Counted from the first letter of the stretch, positions 48,634-58,868 are shown. The stretch is 62,022 bases of DNA from an uncultured Maribellus sp. (GCA_964644015.1 CAZXVT010000004.1:1-62022); one strand, 5' to 3'. Numbers and translations: made by a program. The notes: generated by a model not told the origin, from the letters alone.

Positions 48634-49251
48634 TTACTTTTGTTTTTTGAAGCCGTTGTAAATCAGGTATCCGAAATATAATAAACCAAGCCCAAGCATT
48701 ACAAACGATATTTCCTTGTAATACAATTCAAGCTTTTCTTTCTGCGAATAGAAGAAATATCCCAGTACTGCCAATACAATGTTCCAGGCTGTTGACCCGA
48801 TTACGGTATAAATAATGAAGTTTTTCAGGTTCATGCTCACCAAACCAGCGGGGAGCGAAATCAACTGCCTGATTCCGGGAACCAGCCTGCCGATGAGCGT
48901 TGAAATGTTGCCGTTTTTCCTGAAGTAGGCTTCGGCTTTTTCAACAGCAGCACGGTCAACCAGCATCATACGGGCAATACGTGTGTCGGCAAATTTCAAC
49001 AGCATTGCCTGGCCGAGATATTTGGCAAAATAGTAGTTGAACAGTGCCCCGATCAAAGCTCCGAATGATCCGAAAAATACAACCAGGTAAACATTCAGTT
49101 CGCCATTGGCGGCTTTGTAGGCTGCAGGTGGAATAATTATTTCTGATGGAAACGGAATAAACGAACTTTCGATGGCCATTAATAAAGTGATGGTAAAATA
49201 ATTCATGTTGGCCATGTACCAATCAACTACTTGTTTTATTAAATCTTCCAT
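48634..49251 (-). CDS. dedA: DedA family membrane protein
   Basis: ESSFIPFPSE and GRLVPGIRQLISLPAG. Confidence 0.92.
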   Translation of the reverse strand: MEDLIKQVVDWYMANMNYFTITLLMAIESSFIPFPSEIIIPPAAYKAANGELNVYLVVFFGSFGALIGALFNYYFAKYLGQAMLLKFADTRIARMMLVDRAAVEKAEAYFRKNGNISTLIGRLVPGIRQLISLPAGLVSMNLKNFIIYTVIGSTAWNIVLAVLGYFFYSQKEKLELYYKEISFVMLGLGLLYFGYLIYNGFKKQK

Positions 49252-49336
49252 AAAAAATAATTTCGGGCAAATATAAATTAATAAAGATATATCCGTCTGC
49301 TTTTCTTCAAAACAGGGCGGGAAAACTAATTTTTAA

Positions 49337-50140
49337 TCAGATTTTAACAATGCATGAATCCTGCAACCAGCCTTCGTTTCCATCGGCCAGCCTGATTTCT
49401 TTCCATGTTCCGATACTGTCGGTTACATTTACTTTCAGGCCTTCATAAATCAGGAAAAGATCGGTGCTTGTACTTGTTGGAGCACTTTTTACCGTAACAC
49501 GCGGACAAAATACAATGGCCCCGCTGCGTTCGTTTATTTTGTTTTGTTGTTTACCTGCAAAGGCAAAAGTGACTGCCGAAATCAGAAATACAATGATTCC
49601 GGCAATAAATGAAATTCTTCTGAAAATCACCACTCTGCTGAAAATAAACACACCTGCCAGTACCAGGAAAAATACAAAGGTGAAAACACTGAAATAAGCC
49701 CATTGGTCGGATGAGTAGAGATTTACCAGTGAATTTTGCCAGCGTACAAAAAAGGGCTGGGGAAGGGGTTCGAGTTTTGTAACCACATGCTGATTTACAA
49801 ACTGGATATTGAAATCGATGTTATCGTCGTTGGGCGCCAGTAATTTGGCCCTTTCGAGATACAAAATGGCATTGTTGTAATCACCGGTTTTGTAGTAGGC
49901 ATTCCCGATGTTGAAATAAAGTTTGGCCGAAGTATTTCCTGTTTTCAGAATCTGCAGGTAATCATTCAAAGCTTCCTGGTAATTCTGGGCTAGGTAAGCA
50001 GCATTGGCTTTTTCCCAAAGCTGGGTGTTTGTATCCTGTGCATTCAGCAAACTGTTGCTGAAAACCATGAGTATCACTATAAATATTTTAATCAGTTTCC
50101 CTCTCATTTTTTCTTTCATTTTGATTTGAATTATAGACAT
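49337..50140 (-). CDS. batE: BatE (TPR plus SH3-like)
   Basis: TPR (YFNIGNAYYK), TM pair, C-terminal EGLKV...W.EI.LADG.EGW; position in the bat operon. Confidence 0.88.
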   Translation of the reverse strand: MSIIQIKMKEKMRGKLIKIFIVILMVFSNSLLNAQDTNTQLWEKANAAYLAQNYQEALNDYLQILKTGNTSAKLYFNIGNAYYKTGDYNNAILYLERAKLLAPNDDNIDFNIQFVNQHVVTKLEPLPQPFFVRWQNSLVNLYSSDQWAYFSVFTFVFFLVLAGVFIFSRVVIFRRISFIAGIIVFLISAVTFAFAGKQQNKINERSGAIVFCPRVTVKSAPTSTSTDLFLIYEGLKVNVTDSIGTWKEIRLADGNEGWLQDSCIVKI

Positions 50141-50168
50141 TAATACTCAAATCCGGCTGTCTGAAAAA

Positions 50169-51995
50169 TCAGCGTTTAATTTGTTTTTCCATCATTCCCA
50201 TGGTCGATTCTGCTTTATTGTAAAGGTCGGCACGGGCTTCGGCGCCGCTGGGTGGTGCATAGCGGGCAAATTCGCATTGTTCCACCACGGCAATAAAATC
50301 GTCGATCACTGCCTGTTCAACATTTTTCTGTTTTAAACCCTCAATGGCGGTTTCGCGGTTGTATTGTGCCACCGGAATGCCCAGTTTATCGATTAAATAT
50401 CCTTCAAAAGCTTTTAAAACCGATTCGTGGAAAGCCTCGTTGTTGTTCTGTTTCATAAAACCGGCCGCTGCTCTCAACCGTTTGCGCGCCACCTTGTTGG
50501 CTTTTTTGTTTCGCATCAGCGCGAGGTTGGCATTTTCTCGGGCTTTTTTGCGGTAAACCACAAATACCACTGCGAACATGGCTGCACTTAGTAAATAAAT
50601 AAAGTAGAACTCAGAAGTACCGAAAAAGGTGTAACCAACCGGTTCAAGATCAGGAGATCCCTGTTCGATAAACCGGATATCCTGCCCCAGAAACTGCACA
50701 TCTTCTTTTCTGAATGAACTGGAAACATTGGTATTCTGATCGCCCACGCCTTTTTTAACATTCAGGTTGAATTCACCGGTTGACCTTGTTTCGTAAGTTC
50801 CGGTTGACGGGTTGAAAAAGGTGAAGTTGATGGCAGGAATTGTAAAGTCACCTTCAAACCTGGGCTGGAAAAGGTATTCAATGGTTTTTGATCCCGAAAC
50901 CCCGTTATTCCCGGCTGAAACGTTGTCGGCCACCTTCGGATCGTATTTTTCGAAGTCGGAAGGCAACTGCAATTCGGGTGTTTTGATCAGCCTGATATTT
51001 CCGGCACCGTTAATTGTCAATCTGAGTGTTACGGCATCGTTGGTGGTAACAGCCGTGCTACTGATATCAGAAGAAATACTGAAATTTCCGACACCACCAC
51101 TGAATCCTGCCGGAGGTGTTGGAATATCGCGCACATTCACACTGACACTTCTACTCGAAGCTGTTGCTTTAACCGTTCTGAAACTGTTGAAAAAATCGTC
51201 GAAAAAACTTCTCTGTTTTACCTGCTGCTGAACCAATAAAGTCATATTCACCGGTGCAATGGAGATTCTGCCAGTTTGCTGCGGGAAAAGTATTGTTTTT
51301 TTGAGTACGCCAACCTGGTAAATCTTATTGTCATACACTTCGCGGGTAAAGTTTACCTGCTGCGGGATTTCAATGTCCTGTGTATAAAAACCTTCGTAAG
51401 TCGGCAAAGTTACTTCATCAAATCCGGCAACCGGAATATTCGGATTTACATACAATTTTACGGTGGCCACCAGCTGTTCGCCTTTGTAAACACTTTGTTT
51501 GCTGAGGTCAACACGGATAAACAGGTTATCGCTTCCAAGTTCAACACTTTGCGGGGCCTGTCCCGGGTCGGTGTCAGCACCACCTTGTGGCTGTGCAGGT
51601 TTCGATTGTTGTTTTACAACCTGGATCTTCATCGGATTCGACTCAAAAATCTTTCCGCCGACTTCAATGGAGGCTGGCCGCAGTTCGAAAGTCCCTTCCT
51701 GTTTTGCCCTTAAAATGTAGGTGTACGAAAAGGAAACTTCCTGGGTGGTTTTCCCGTTTATGGTTACCATGCTGATTGATTGCCCGGTGCTGGGGCCCAT
51801 CAGAATGTCAAAATTATTCTCAATTCCGGGAGGTAGTTTTAAGTTGCTGCCCTGTTCATTTAATGTAAAGGTCAGCCTGAATTGTTTTCCCAATTCAACC
51901 GCATTGGGCGCCGACATGACAAAACGGGTTTGTTCGGCCACGGTTGCCAGTGCAACTGTAAAAAGAACCAAGAATATTACGAATTTGCGTATCAT
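50169..51995 (-). CDS. batD: BatD
   Basis: Signal peptide, Ig-like repeats, GGVGNF and C-terminal CEFARYAP; operon context. Confidence 0.9.
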   Translation of the reverse strand: MIRKFVIFLVLFTVALATVAEQTRFVMSAPNAVELGKQFRLTFTLNEQGSNLKLPPGIENNFDILMGPSTGQSISMVTINGKTTQEVSFSYTYILRAKQEGTFELRPASIEVGGKIFESNPMKIQVVKQQSKPAQPQGGADTDPGQAPQSVELGSDNLFIRVDLSKQSVYKGEQLVATVKLYVNPNIPVAGFDEVTLPTYEGFYTQDIEIPQQVNFTREVYDNKIYQVGVLKKTILFPQQTGRISIAPVNMTLLVQQQVKQRSFFDDFFNSFRTVKATASSRSVSVNVRDIPTPPAGFSGGVGNFSISSDISSTAVTTNDAVTLRLTINGAGNIRLIKTPELQLPSDFEKYDPKVADNVSAGNNGVSGSKTIEYLFQPRFEGDFTIPAINFTFFNPSTGTYETRSTGEFNLNVKKGVGDQNTNVSSSFRKEDVQFLGQDIRFIEQGSPDLEPVGYTFFGTSEFYFIYLLSAAMFAVVFVVYRKKARENANLALMRNKKANKVARKRLRAAAGFMKQNNNEAFHESVLKAFEGYLIDKLGIPVAQYNRETAIEGLKQKNVEQAVIDDFIAVVEQCEFARYAPPSGAEARADLYNKAESTMGMMEKQIKR

Positions 51996-52174
51996 AATTT
52001 ATTGTTCCTGCAAAAATATCTTTTTTATCAAAATTCTAACCTCGGTGCCCTGAACTGCAGGGCGTGTTTTTTTTTGATCTTTCTCTACTAAAATCGAACC
52101 CGTACCGGGTTATTTCAGATGCATGACACGTGCTTTCTGATTTTTTCCACTTTTGTCATCGTTCTCCCTCTCCA

Positions 52175-52270
52175 CAATCACCCAATCACTCAATCACCCA
52201 ATCACTCATTCACCCAATCACTTTCCTCAACTTCCGACTTCGGACTCCCGACTCCCGACTTCCGACTTCC
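52175..52270. repeat. Adjacent 8-bp (CAATCAC[CT]) and 7-bp (CTTCCGA/CTCCCGA) tandem repeats between batC and batD
   Basis: acaatcacccaatcactcaatcacccaatcactcattcacccaatcac, then cttccgacttcggactcccgactcccgacttccgacttc. Confidence 0.88.
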
Positions 52271-52275
52271 TCTTC

Positions 52276-53007
52276 CTACCACTCTTTCTCCACATTCTGG
52301 CGTTTTGCTTCAACAGCCTGCTTTTTCTTCACTTTGTCCTGGATGTTTTTTTCGTCGTTTTGCAAAGCCTGCAACAATTGTTCGGCATTGTCTTTCGATA
52401 TTTTATTCTGTGCCTGTTGCTGTTGCTGGTTTTGCTGCTGCTGATCCTGATTCTGATCTTTGTTTTGCTGATCCTGATTTTGCTGCTGCTCCTGATCCTG
52501 TTTCTGATCTTTATTCTGATCCTGGTTTTGCTGATTTTGTTGCTGTTGCTGCTGGTTTTTCAGCAGTTGAGCATAAGCCAGGTTGTATTTGGTTTCCAGG
52601 TCAGTGGGATTCTGTCTTAACGCTTTTTTATACGACTCAATACTTTCATCAATTTTCTGGTTCATCAGTTGGCTGTTACCCAGATTGTGATAAGCACGGG
52701 CTTTTTCAACCGGATTTGTCATCTGTTCAGCCAATTCACTGAATTTACCGGCGGCTTCATCAAAACGGTTCTGCTTGTAAACAGCGTCAGCAAGATTAAA
52801 ATTCCAGTATTTGTCGGTCGGCTTTTTTTCTAGCGCTTTGCGGTATTCTGTTTCAGCGCGCGCAAAAGCAGCCGTATCAATTTTCGTGGTGTCTTTTATC
52901 GCTTTCTGATAAATTTTATTTCCGCTTCTCACGTGTTTCCTTTCATTCTGTGCAACCAGAATTGCAGGAAACAAGCTGATGAGTAATATTATAACAAGTT
53001 GTTTCAT
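52276..53007 (-). CDS. batC: BatC (TPR protein with Q/N/D-rich linker)
   Basis: TPRs (AYHNLGN, YKKALRQNP, KYNLAYA), Q-rich tract and terminal EKEW. Confidence 0.9.
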   Translation of the reverse strand: MKQLVIILLISLFPAILVAQNERKHVRSGNKIYQKAIKDTTKIDTAAFARAETEYRKALEKKPTDKYWNFNLADAVYKQNRFDEAAGKFSELAEQMTNPVEKARAYHNLGNSQLMNQKIDESIESYKKALRQNPTDLETKYNLAYAQLLKNQQQQQQNQQNQDQNKDQKQDQEQQQNQDQQNKDQNQDQQQQNQQQQQAQNKISKDNAEQLLQALQNDEKNIQDKVKKKQAVEAKRQNVEKEW

Positions 53008-53012
53008 GGTTT

Positions 53013-54050
53013 TTATTTTACTGAAAACAAATTGATATTCTTTAAATACCTGTTTTTCCGTTCAAGAATTAAAAATTCGAGAATAATCAGAAACAGGCCG
53101 AGGGTAAAAAAGTACTGAAACTGGTCGTTGTATTCCGAGTAAATCATGGCATCCATTTCAGTTTTCTGGAGTTTGTTGATTTCGTCGAGCAGAGTGTTCA
53201 GCCCCACCTGTGCATTATTTGCCCTGATGTAAATGCCTTCACCTGCGGCTGCTACTTTTTCAAGTGTTGCTTCATCGAGCTTCGTTACAACTACATTGCC
53301 ACTGCCATCTTTCAGATATTCTGTTTGTCCGTTGCGCAATACCGGTATTGGCGAACCCTGTGGCAAACCCATCCCGATTGTGTGAATGACAATACCTTTT
53401 TCTGCAGCCGCCGTGGCTGCTGCAACAGCATCATCTTCATGGTTTTCACCATCAGTGATCACGATAATCGCTTTGTTGGATTTGCTGTCGGGTGTAAATG
53501 ATCGTTCAGCCAGGCCGATTGCAGCACCAATTGCAGTACCCTGTTTGGGAACAATCTGTGTGTTGATCGAATTCAGAAACAGTTTTGCCGAGTTGTAATC
53601 AGTAGTAATAGGCAACTGTGTGTAGGCATCGCCGGCAAAAACGATCAGTCCGATTTTGTCATCCTTCAGCCTGTCAACCAATCGCGATATAGCCAGTTTG
53701 GCCCTGTCCAGACGATTGGGTTTGATATCCTCCGCCATCATACTGTTCGAAACATCAAGGGCAATTATCAATTCAATCCCTTCGCGTTTCACTTTTTTTA
53801 GTTTTGCGCCAAACTGAGGGCGTGCAATACCAATGATGACTGAAGCAAGCGCCAGCATGAGGATGGCAAATTTCAGCACCGGCCTGAATCGTGATGCAAA
53901 TGGCATCAACAGGCTGATTGTATCTTCATTCCCGAATTTTTTCAGTAACTGCCGGCGTTTTATCCGCGACCACACAAAAAAGAGTGTGAGTACCGGAATT
54001 ACCAGCAGTGCCCATAAATATTCGCTGTTTGCAAATCTGAACAATTCCAT
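53013..54050 (-). CDS. batB: BatB (vWA domain)
   Basis: DVSNSM MIDAS motif, FAGDAY.QLPITTD and ITDGENH. Confidence 0.92.
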   Translation of the reverse strand: MELFRFANSEYLWALLVIPVLTLFFVWSRIKRRQLLKKFGNEDTISLLMPFASRFRPVLKFAILMLALASVIIGIARPQFGAKLKKVKREGIELIIALDVSNSMMAEDIKPNRLDRAKLAISRLVDRLKDDKIGLIVFAGDAYTQLPITTDYNSAKLFLNSINTQIVPKQGTAIGAAIGLAERSFTPDSKSNKAIIVITDGENHEDDAVAAATAAAEKGIVIHTIGMGLPQGSPIPVLRNGQTEYLKDGSGNVVVTKLDEATLEKVAAAGEGIYIRANNAQVGLNTLLDEINKLQKTEMDAMIYSEYNDQFQYFFTLGLFLIILEFLILERKNRYLKNINLFSVK

Positions 54051-54062
54051 TTTATGCGTGTA

Positions 54063-55058
54063 TTATGGTATATTTCTGAAAATTGTCACTCTTAAAAACA
54101 AACTGATCAGCAGAAATAATATTCCTGCAATTGCAAAAGGCAAAAACTCTTCACTTCTGCGGCTGAATTGCTGTACATCGATTTTCGATTTTTCCAAAGC
54201 ATCGATCTCCTTGTAAATTTCTTCCAGTTTTTTATTGCCGGTTGCCCTGAAGTATTTTCCGCCTGTAACTTCAGCCATTTGTGTCAGCAATGGTTCGTCG
54301 ATTTTTACTTCCATTTCCCTGAGCTCCATTCCAAAAGGTGTTTGAACAGGGTAGGGCGCAGTACCAATGCTGCCAACGCCAACCGTGTAAACCCTGATGC
54401 CAAAAGTTTTGGCAATTTCGGCGGCAGTCATTGGGGCAACTTCACCGCGGTTGTTTTCACCATCAGTCAGCAAAATTATCACACGGCTCACAGCCTGACT
54501 GTCTTTTATTCGGTTTACAGCGGTGGCCAGCCCGTTTCCAATGGCAGTTCCATCTTCAATCAGCCCGCTTTTGATGTCTTTGAAAAGATTCAGCAAAACA
54601 GCTCTGTCGGTTGTTAGCGGACATTGCGTAAATGCTTCTCCTGCAAATACCACCAATCCCATTCGGTCGTGTTCGCGCCCCGAAATAAATTCCATGGCCA
54701 CATTTTTGGCAGCTTCAAGCCTGTCGGGGGCAAAATCGCGGGCGAGCATACTGCTTGAAATATCGAGTGCAATCACAATGTCGATACCTTCAGTTGTCAC
54801 ATTTTCCCAGCTTCTTGACGATTGCGGACGTGCCAGTACCACAACAAAAAATGCCAGTGCCACCATCTGCAGAATAAAAACAAGATGTCTCAGATAATGC
54901 CTGATGGTTTTGGGCGCCCTGAAAATCGATACAGTTGACGAAACCTGGATGCTGGCCGTATTTCTTTTCTGCCTGAAAATATACCAGGCCGCCATGGGGA
55001 TGATTACCAGCAGCAGGTAAAATAATTCCGGGTTTTTAAAAGTTAATCCTTCAAACAT
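54063..55058 (-). CDS. batA: BatA (vWA domain)
   Basis: LARPQ, DISSSM, DGTAIG, LTDGENN and TGGKYFRA. Confidence 0.93.
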   Translation of the reverse strand: MFEGLTFKNPELFYLLLVIIPMAAWYIFRQKRNTASIQVSSTVSIFRAPKTIRHYLRHLVFILQMVALAFFVVVLARPQSSRSWENVTTEGIDIVIALDISSSMLARDFAPDRLEAAKNVAMEFISGREHDRMGLVVFAGEAFTQCPLTTDRAVLLNLFKDIKSGLIEDGTAIGNGLATAVNRIKDSQAVSRVIILLTDGENNRGEVAPMTAAEIAKTFGIRVYTVGVGSIGTAPYPVQTPFGMELREMEVKIDEPLLTQMAEVTGGKYFRATGNKKLEEIYKEIDALEKSKIDVQQFSRRSEEFLPFAIAGILFLLISLFLRVTIFRNIP

Positions 55059-55064
55059 CCTGAT

Positions 55065-56060
55065 TTATTTAATGTTAACTTCTTTTGTGCTGTCAGTTTC
55101 ATTTTCTTTTGTCTCAACCTTTTTGGGTTCTTCCTTTTTTGTTTCGTTTACAAAAAAGTACGAATTCACCAGGGTAAGATTGTCATCATCGGGCAGCGGT
55201 TTGTATTTGGCGAACTTCACAAAATCGGCCAGAGTCAATATCTGACTTAGATTCGATAATGTTTTTTCGTTCAGCAAATCTTTTCTCAGTCTGAAACTAT
55301 CCAGAATTTCTTCTGTGGTTTGTTCCATCGCCCTGATTTCAAATCGGTTTTCGATGTAGTTTCTGATTACATCGGTAACTTCGCTGTAATACTGTTTGGT
55401 TTTATCCTGCTGCCAGAGCTTTTCATTCCTGATCCTGTCGAGTTCGCGCAATGCAACAACATGTGCCGGCTCTTTTGGCTTTTCCGGGAATTTGAACAGC
55501 GGCTGATTCTTTTTCCTGCGTTTTAAGGAATATAAAAGCAGAAATAAAATGGCACCTGCCAGCATAATTCCCAGAATATAAGGCGTTACTTCTTTTAGTG
55601 TAACAGGTGCTGCATAAGGCATTTTAATGTCGGTGAGTCCTTTTGTGGTGTCAATCTGCATGGTGTGAACCTGCAGAAATACCGGGTTTGTGGCCACCGA
55701 ATCTGTTAAACCATTGGCTGTTACTGTAAACCATTGTGGTTCTATGGCATAGTTTCCACTGTCAAAACAAGTGATTGTGTATTTCAATACCTGCTTTTGC
55801 CAGGCTTTGTCACCCATTTCAATGGTATCGGTTTTAAGCTTCTTCAAAACCTCGATTCTACCAAAAGAATCCGGCAAAGCAGGAAAACCTACTTTTGCAT
55901 CTTTCAGATGTTCGATTTCGAGGATCAGGTTTACCTGGTCACCAATCAGAATGCTGGCAGAGTCAATCCGGGCAACTGCTTTTGTTTGCTGTGCCTGTGT
56001 TTTCTGCATGACTGCCAGAATAAAAACAATTACTATTAAAAGGTTCTGTAATACCTTCAT
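55065..56060 (-). CDS. Conserved membrane-anchored protein upstream of batA
   Basis: Signal peptide, Ig-like region, one TM helix, C-terminal ADFVKFAK; usual position in moxR-bat operons. Confidence 0.8.
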   Translation of the reverse strand: MKVLQNLLIVIVFILAVMQKTQAQQTKAVARIDSASILIGDQVNLILEIEHLKDAKVGFPALPDSFGRIEVLKKLKTDTIEMGDKAWQKQVLKYTITCFDSGNYAIEPQWFTVTANGLTDSVATNPVFLQVHTMQIDTTKGLTDIKMPYAAPVTLKEVTPYILGIMLAGAILFLLLYSLKRRKKNQPLFKFPEKPKEPAHVVALRELDRIRNEKLWQQDKTKQYYSEVTDVIRNYIENRFEIRAMEQTTEEILDSFRLRKDLLNEKTLSNLSQILTLADFVKFAKYKPLPDDDNLTLVNSYFFVNETKKEEPKKVETKENETDSTKEVNIK

Positions 56061-56068
56061 GAGTTAAA

Positions 56069-56950
56069 TTATTGTTTTAATGCCCTCTTTTTAAACAGGT
56101 TCATTAATGATATCACATAATCTTCGCGGGTATTCACCAAAGTATAATCAACACCACATTTTTTAAACAACACATCGAGCTTACTTTTGTGGTTTCTCCA
56201 CCAGTCAGCATACATTTTGCGGGTTTTTGCCGAGCTGCTGTCAACCACAATGTACTCTCCGGTTTCTGCGTCTTTCAGTTTAACGAGTCCGATTGGCGGA
56301 AGCTCCGTTTCCCGTTCATCGTACACTTTCAGGGCTACCACATCGTGTTTTTTGTTGGCAATCTGAAGCGCCATTTCCATGTCAGCCCGCTCGTCCATAA
56401 AATCGGAGATTACAAAAGCCGTTGACCGTTTTTTCAATGCATTCGTCAGGTAGCGCAACGTTTCGGGAATATTTGTGCCACGGTTTTTAGGTTCAAAAGC
56501 AATCAGTTCGGCAATAATGCGCAAAACATGGCTTTTCCCTTTTTTGGGTGGAATAAACTTCTCGATGGTATCGGAAAAAAAGATCACCCCGATTTTGTCG
56601 TTATTCTGCATGGCCGAAAAAGCCAGCACTGCTGCCATTTCGGTGATCACATTTTTTTTGAATTTTTCCGAAGTCCCGAATTCGCGCGAACCGCTTACAT
56701 CAATTAACAACATCACGGTAAGTTCGCGTTCTTCTTCGTAAACTTTTACATACGGATGGCTGTAACGCGCGGTAACATTCCAGTCGATGTTGCGGATATC
56801 ATCGCCAAACTGGTATTCGCGCACCTCTGAAAAAGCCATCCCGCGGCCTTTAAAAGCACTGTGATACTCACCGGCAAAAATATTCCGCGACAACCCGCGG
56901 GTTTTTATCTCAATCTTCCGTACTTTTTTTAATAACTCACTGGTTTCCAT
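56069..56950 (-). CDS. DUF58 domain protein (vWA-like MoxR partner)
   Basis: GMAFSEVREY..GDDIR.IDWNVTAR, EEERE and ISDF. Confidence 0.93.
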   Translation of the reverse strand: METSELLKKVRKIEIKTRGLSRNIFAGEYHSAFKGRGMAFSEVREYQFGDDIRNIDWNVTARYSHPYVKVYEEERELTVMLLIDVSGSREFGTSEKFKKNVITEMAAVLAFSAMQNNDKIGVIFFSDTIEKFIPPKKGKSHVLRIIAELIAFEPKNRGTNIPETLRYLTNALKKRSTAFVISDFMDERADMEMALQIANKKHDVVALKVYDERETELPPIGLVKLKDAETGEYIVVDSSSAKTRKMYADWWRNHKSKLDVLFKKCGVDYTLVNTREDYVISLMNLFKKRALKQ

Positions 56951-56957
56951 GAAGAAT

Positions 56958-57033
56958 GTTTCAGGTTTCAGGTTTCAGGTTACAAGTTGCAGGATTTAAC
57001 CTGATACTTGTATCATGTAACCTGTAACTGGTT
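56958..57033. repeat. Inverted pair of degenerate 7-bp tandem arrays
   Basis: gtttcag x3, gttacaa, gttgcag, followed by the complementary-type cctgata cttgtat catgtaa cctgtaa. Confidence 0.8.
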
Positions 57034-57034
57034 A

Positions 57035-58030
57035 CTACGGTACTTCAACAGTATTTAAAATGTCTGCAATAATTTCTTCTGAGGTAATGTTGTTGGCTTC
57101 TGCCTCGTAGCTCAACCCGATACGGTGACGCATTACATCGGCGCAAACCGCACGCACATCTTCCGGAATCACATAACCCCGGCGTTTGATGAAAGCATAA
57201 GCTTTTGATGCCTGTGCAAGACTGATTCCGGCACGGGGCGAAGCTCCGTAAGAAATCATGTCTTTGTATTTGCCGAGTTTATATTCTTCGGGTTCGCGGG
57301 TGGCAAAAACAATGTCAACAATGTATTTCTGAATTTTTTCGTCCATGTAAACATCTTTCACCACGCTGCGGGCATTCATAATGTCCTGTGGTTTCAGAAT
57401 GGTATTGGTTTCAGGGAACTGTTTCAGCAGGTTTTGCTGAATAATCATTCTTTCTTCCTCTTTTTTCGGGTAGTTAATCACCACTTTCAGCATAAAACGG
57501 TCAACCTGTGCTTCGGGCAGCGGGTAGGTACCTTCCTGCTCGATGGGGTTTTGCGTGGCCATTACGAGGAATGGTTCATCAAGTTTAAAAGTGTTATCAC
57601 CAATCGTAATCTGACGTTCCTGCATGGCTTCGAGCAAAGCCGACTGCACTTTTGCGGGCGCACGGTTAATTTCATCCGCCAAAATAAAGTTGGCAAAAAT
57701 CGGCCCTTTTTTGATGGTGAATTCTTCCTTTTTCTGACTGTAAATCATCGTACCCAGCAAGTCGGCCGGAAGCAGGTCGGGTGTGAACTGGATGCGGGCA
57801 AACTTGGCACTGATGGTGTTTGCCAGCGATTTGATGGCCAATGTTTTTGCGAGCCCCGGAACCCCTTCCAACAAAATGTGACCATTGGAGAGTAACCCGA
57901 TTAACAGGCTTTCAACAAGGTGTTTCTGCCCGATGATTACCTTATTCATTTCAAGTGAAACCAAATCCACGAACGAACTTTCGCGCTGGATTCTTTCGTT
58001 TAATTCCCTGATATCAATTGCCTGATTCAT
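57035..58030 (-). CDS. moxR: MoxR-family AAA+ ATPase
   Basis: EGVPGLAKT, IQFTPDLLPAD, DEINRAPAKVQSALLEAM and ATQNPIEQEGTYPLPEAQ. Confidence 0.96.
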   Translation of the reverse strand: MNQAIDIRELNERIQRESSFVDLVSLEMNKVIIGQKHLVESLLIGLLSNGHILLEGVPGLAKTLAIKSLANTISAKFARIQFTPDLLPADLLGTMIYSQKKEEFTIKKGPIFANFILADEINRAPAKVQSALLEAMQERQITIGDNTFKLDEPFLVMATQNPIEQEGTYPLPEAQVDRFMLKVVINYPKKEEERMIIQQNLLKQFPETNTILKPQDIMNARSVVKDVYMDEKIQKYIVDIVFATREPEEYKLGKYKDMISYGASPRAGISLAQASKAYAFIKRRGYVIPEDVRAVCADVMRHRIGLSYEAEANNITSEEIIADILNTVEVP

Positions 58031-58136
58031 ATTTTAAATTTTTAATACCTTCTTTTTTCGAAGCTGCGAATTTAAACCTTTGCAGGTAATTTAACAGTTG
58101 ATTACTGTTAAAATATATTAAGGTTAAAATGCAGAT

Positions 58137-58172
58137 AATAAAAGAAGTCATCCGGTTTTACCGGATGACTTC
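58137..58172 (-). terminator. Intrinsic terminator of hsp20
   Basis: 13-bp stem gaagtcatccggt/accggatgacttc followed by TTTTATT on the minus strand. Confidence 0.8.
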
Positions 58173-58190
58173 CAATCTGTAAATCCCATG

Positions 58191-58628
58191 TTATGAGATT
58201 TTAATCTCCCTTTCGGGCTGTGGCTTCACTTCTTCGCGTTTTGGCAGTTTAATTTCAAGAATGCCGTTGTTATAAGTTGCTTCAATTTTGTCGCTCATAA
58301 TCGCATTTTCAGGAACTGTAAATGCACGCTGGAACGACTGGTAACTGAATTCCCTGCGGGTATAGTTGTCTTTCTTTTCTTCTTTTTTGTCTTCTCTTTC
58401 CGAAGAAATGGTGATGACATTGTTTTTGAAGTTGATTTTGAAATCCTTTTTTTCCATACCAGGAGCGGCAAGCTCGATCACAAACTCATCGTTTGTTTCT
58501 TTCACATTTACTGCGGGCAGCGAAGTATTGGTGCCCGAAAAATTTGTGAGGTTCCAATCTGATAAATCATTGTTTAAGAACCTTTCAAAGAATGAGGGTA
58601 AGTAGTTTTCATTTCTTCTTGCTAACAT
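58191..58628 (-). CDS. Hsp20/alpha-crystallin small heat-shock protein
   Basis: PAVNVKE, LAAPG, RREFSYQSF.RAF.VP and A.YNNGIL.I.LPK. Confidence 0.95.
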   Translation of the reverse strand: MLARRNENYLPSFFERFLNNDLSDWNLTNFSGTNTSLPAVNVKETNDEFVIELAAPGMEKKDFKINFKNNVITISSEREDKKEEKKDNYTRREFSYQSFQRAFTVPENAIMSDKIEATYNNGILEIKLPKREEVKPQPEREIKIS

Positions 58629-58690
58629 GGCTAATTCCTCCTATCATTTAAGTCAGACATTTATTTTATTGTTTTCATGAACACTGTATT

Positions 58691-58705
58691 TCAAACAAGA
58701 TACCA
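58691..58705 (-). promoter_or_regulatory. Possible sigma-54-like (-24/-12) promoter of hsp20
   Basis: Minus strand TGGTAT-CTTGT-TTGA resembles TGGCAC-N5-TTGC (GG-N10-GA). Confidence 0.35.
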
Positions 58706-58827
58706 AACCCCGAAAACTGACAAATATTAGGTCGTAAACGACTGTATGACAGGGTAAGTAGAATGTGTTTTTGAAAAGTTTTTGAGTTTCAGAAAATTAG
58801 AAATCTGACAGAATTTCAGATAGTGAG

Positions 58828-58868
58828 ATCTGTACAATTTTGCAATCCGATTGCAAAATTGTACAGAT
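58828..58868. repeat. Perfect 20-bp inverted repeat between divergent hsp20 and truA
   Basis: atctgtacaattttgcaatc c gattgcaaaattgtacagat. Confidence 0.9.

Noticed and set aside
52119-52742. Plus-strand ORFs with Cys-rich, Leu-rich or repetitive peptides
   Set aside because: These are antisense shadows of the batC Q-rich tract and the intergenic tandem repeats.
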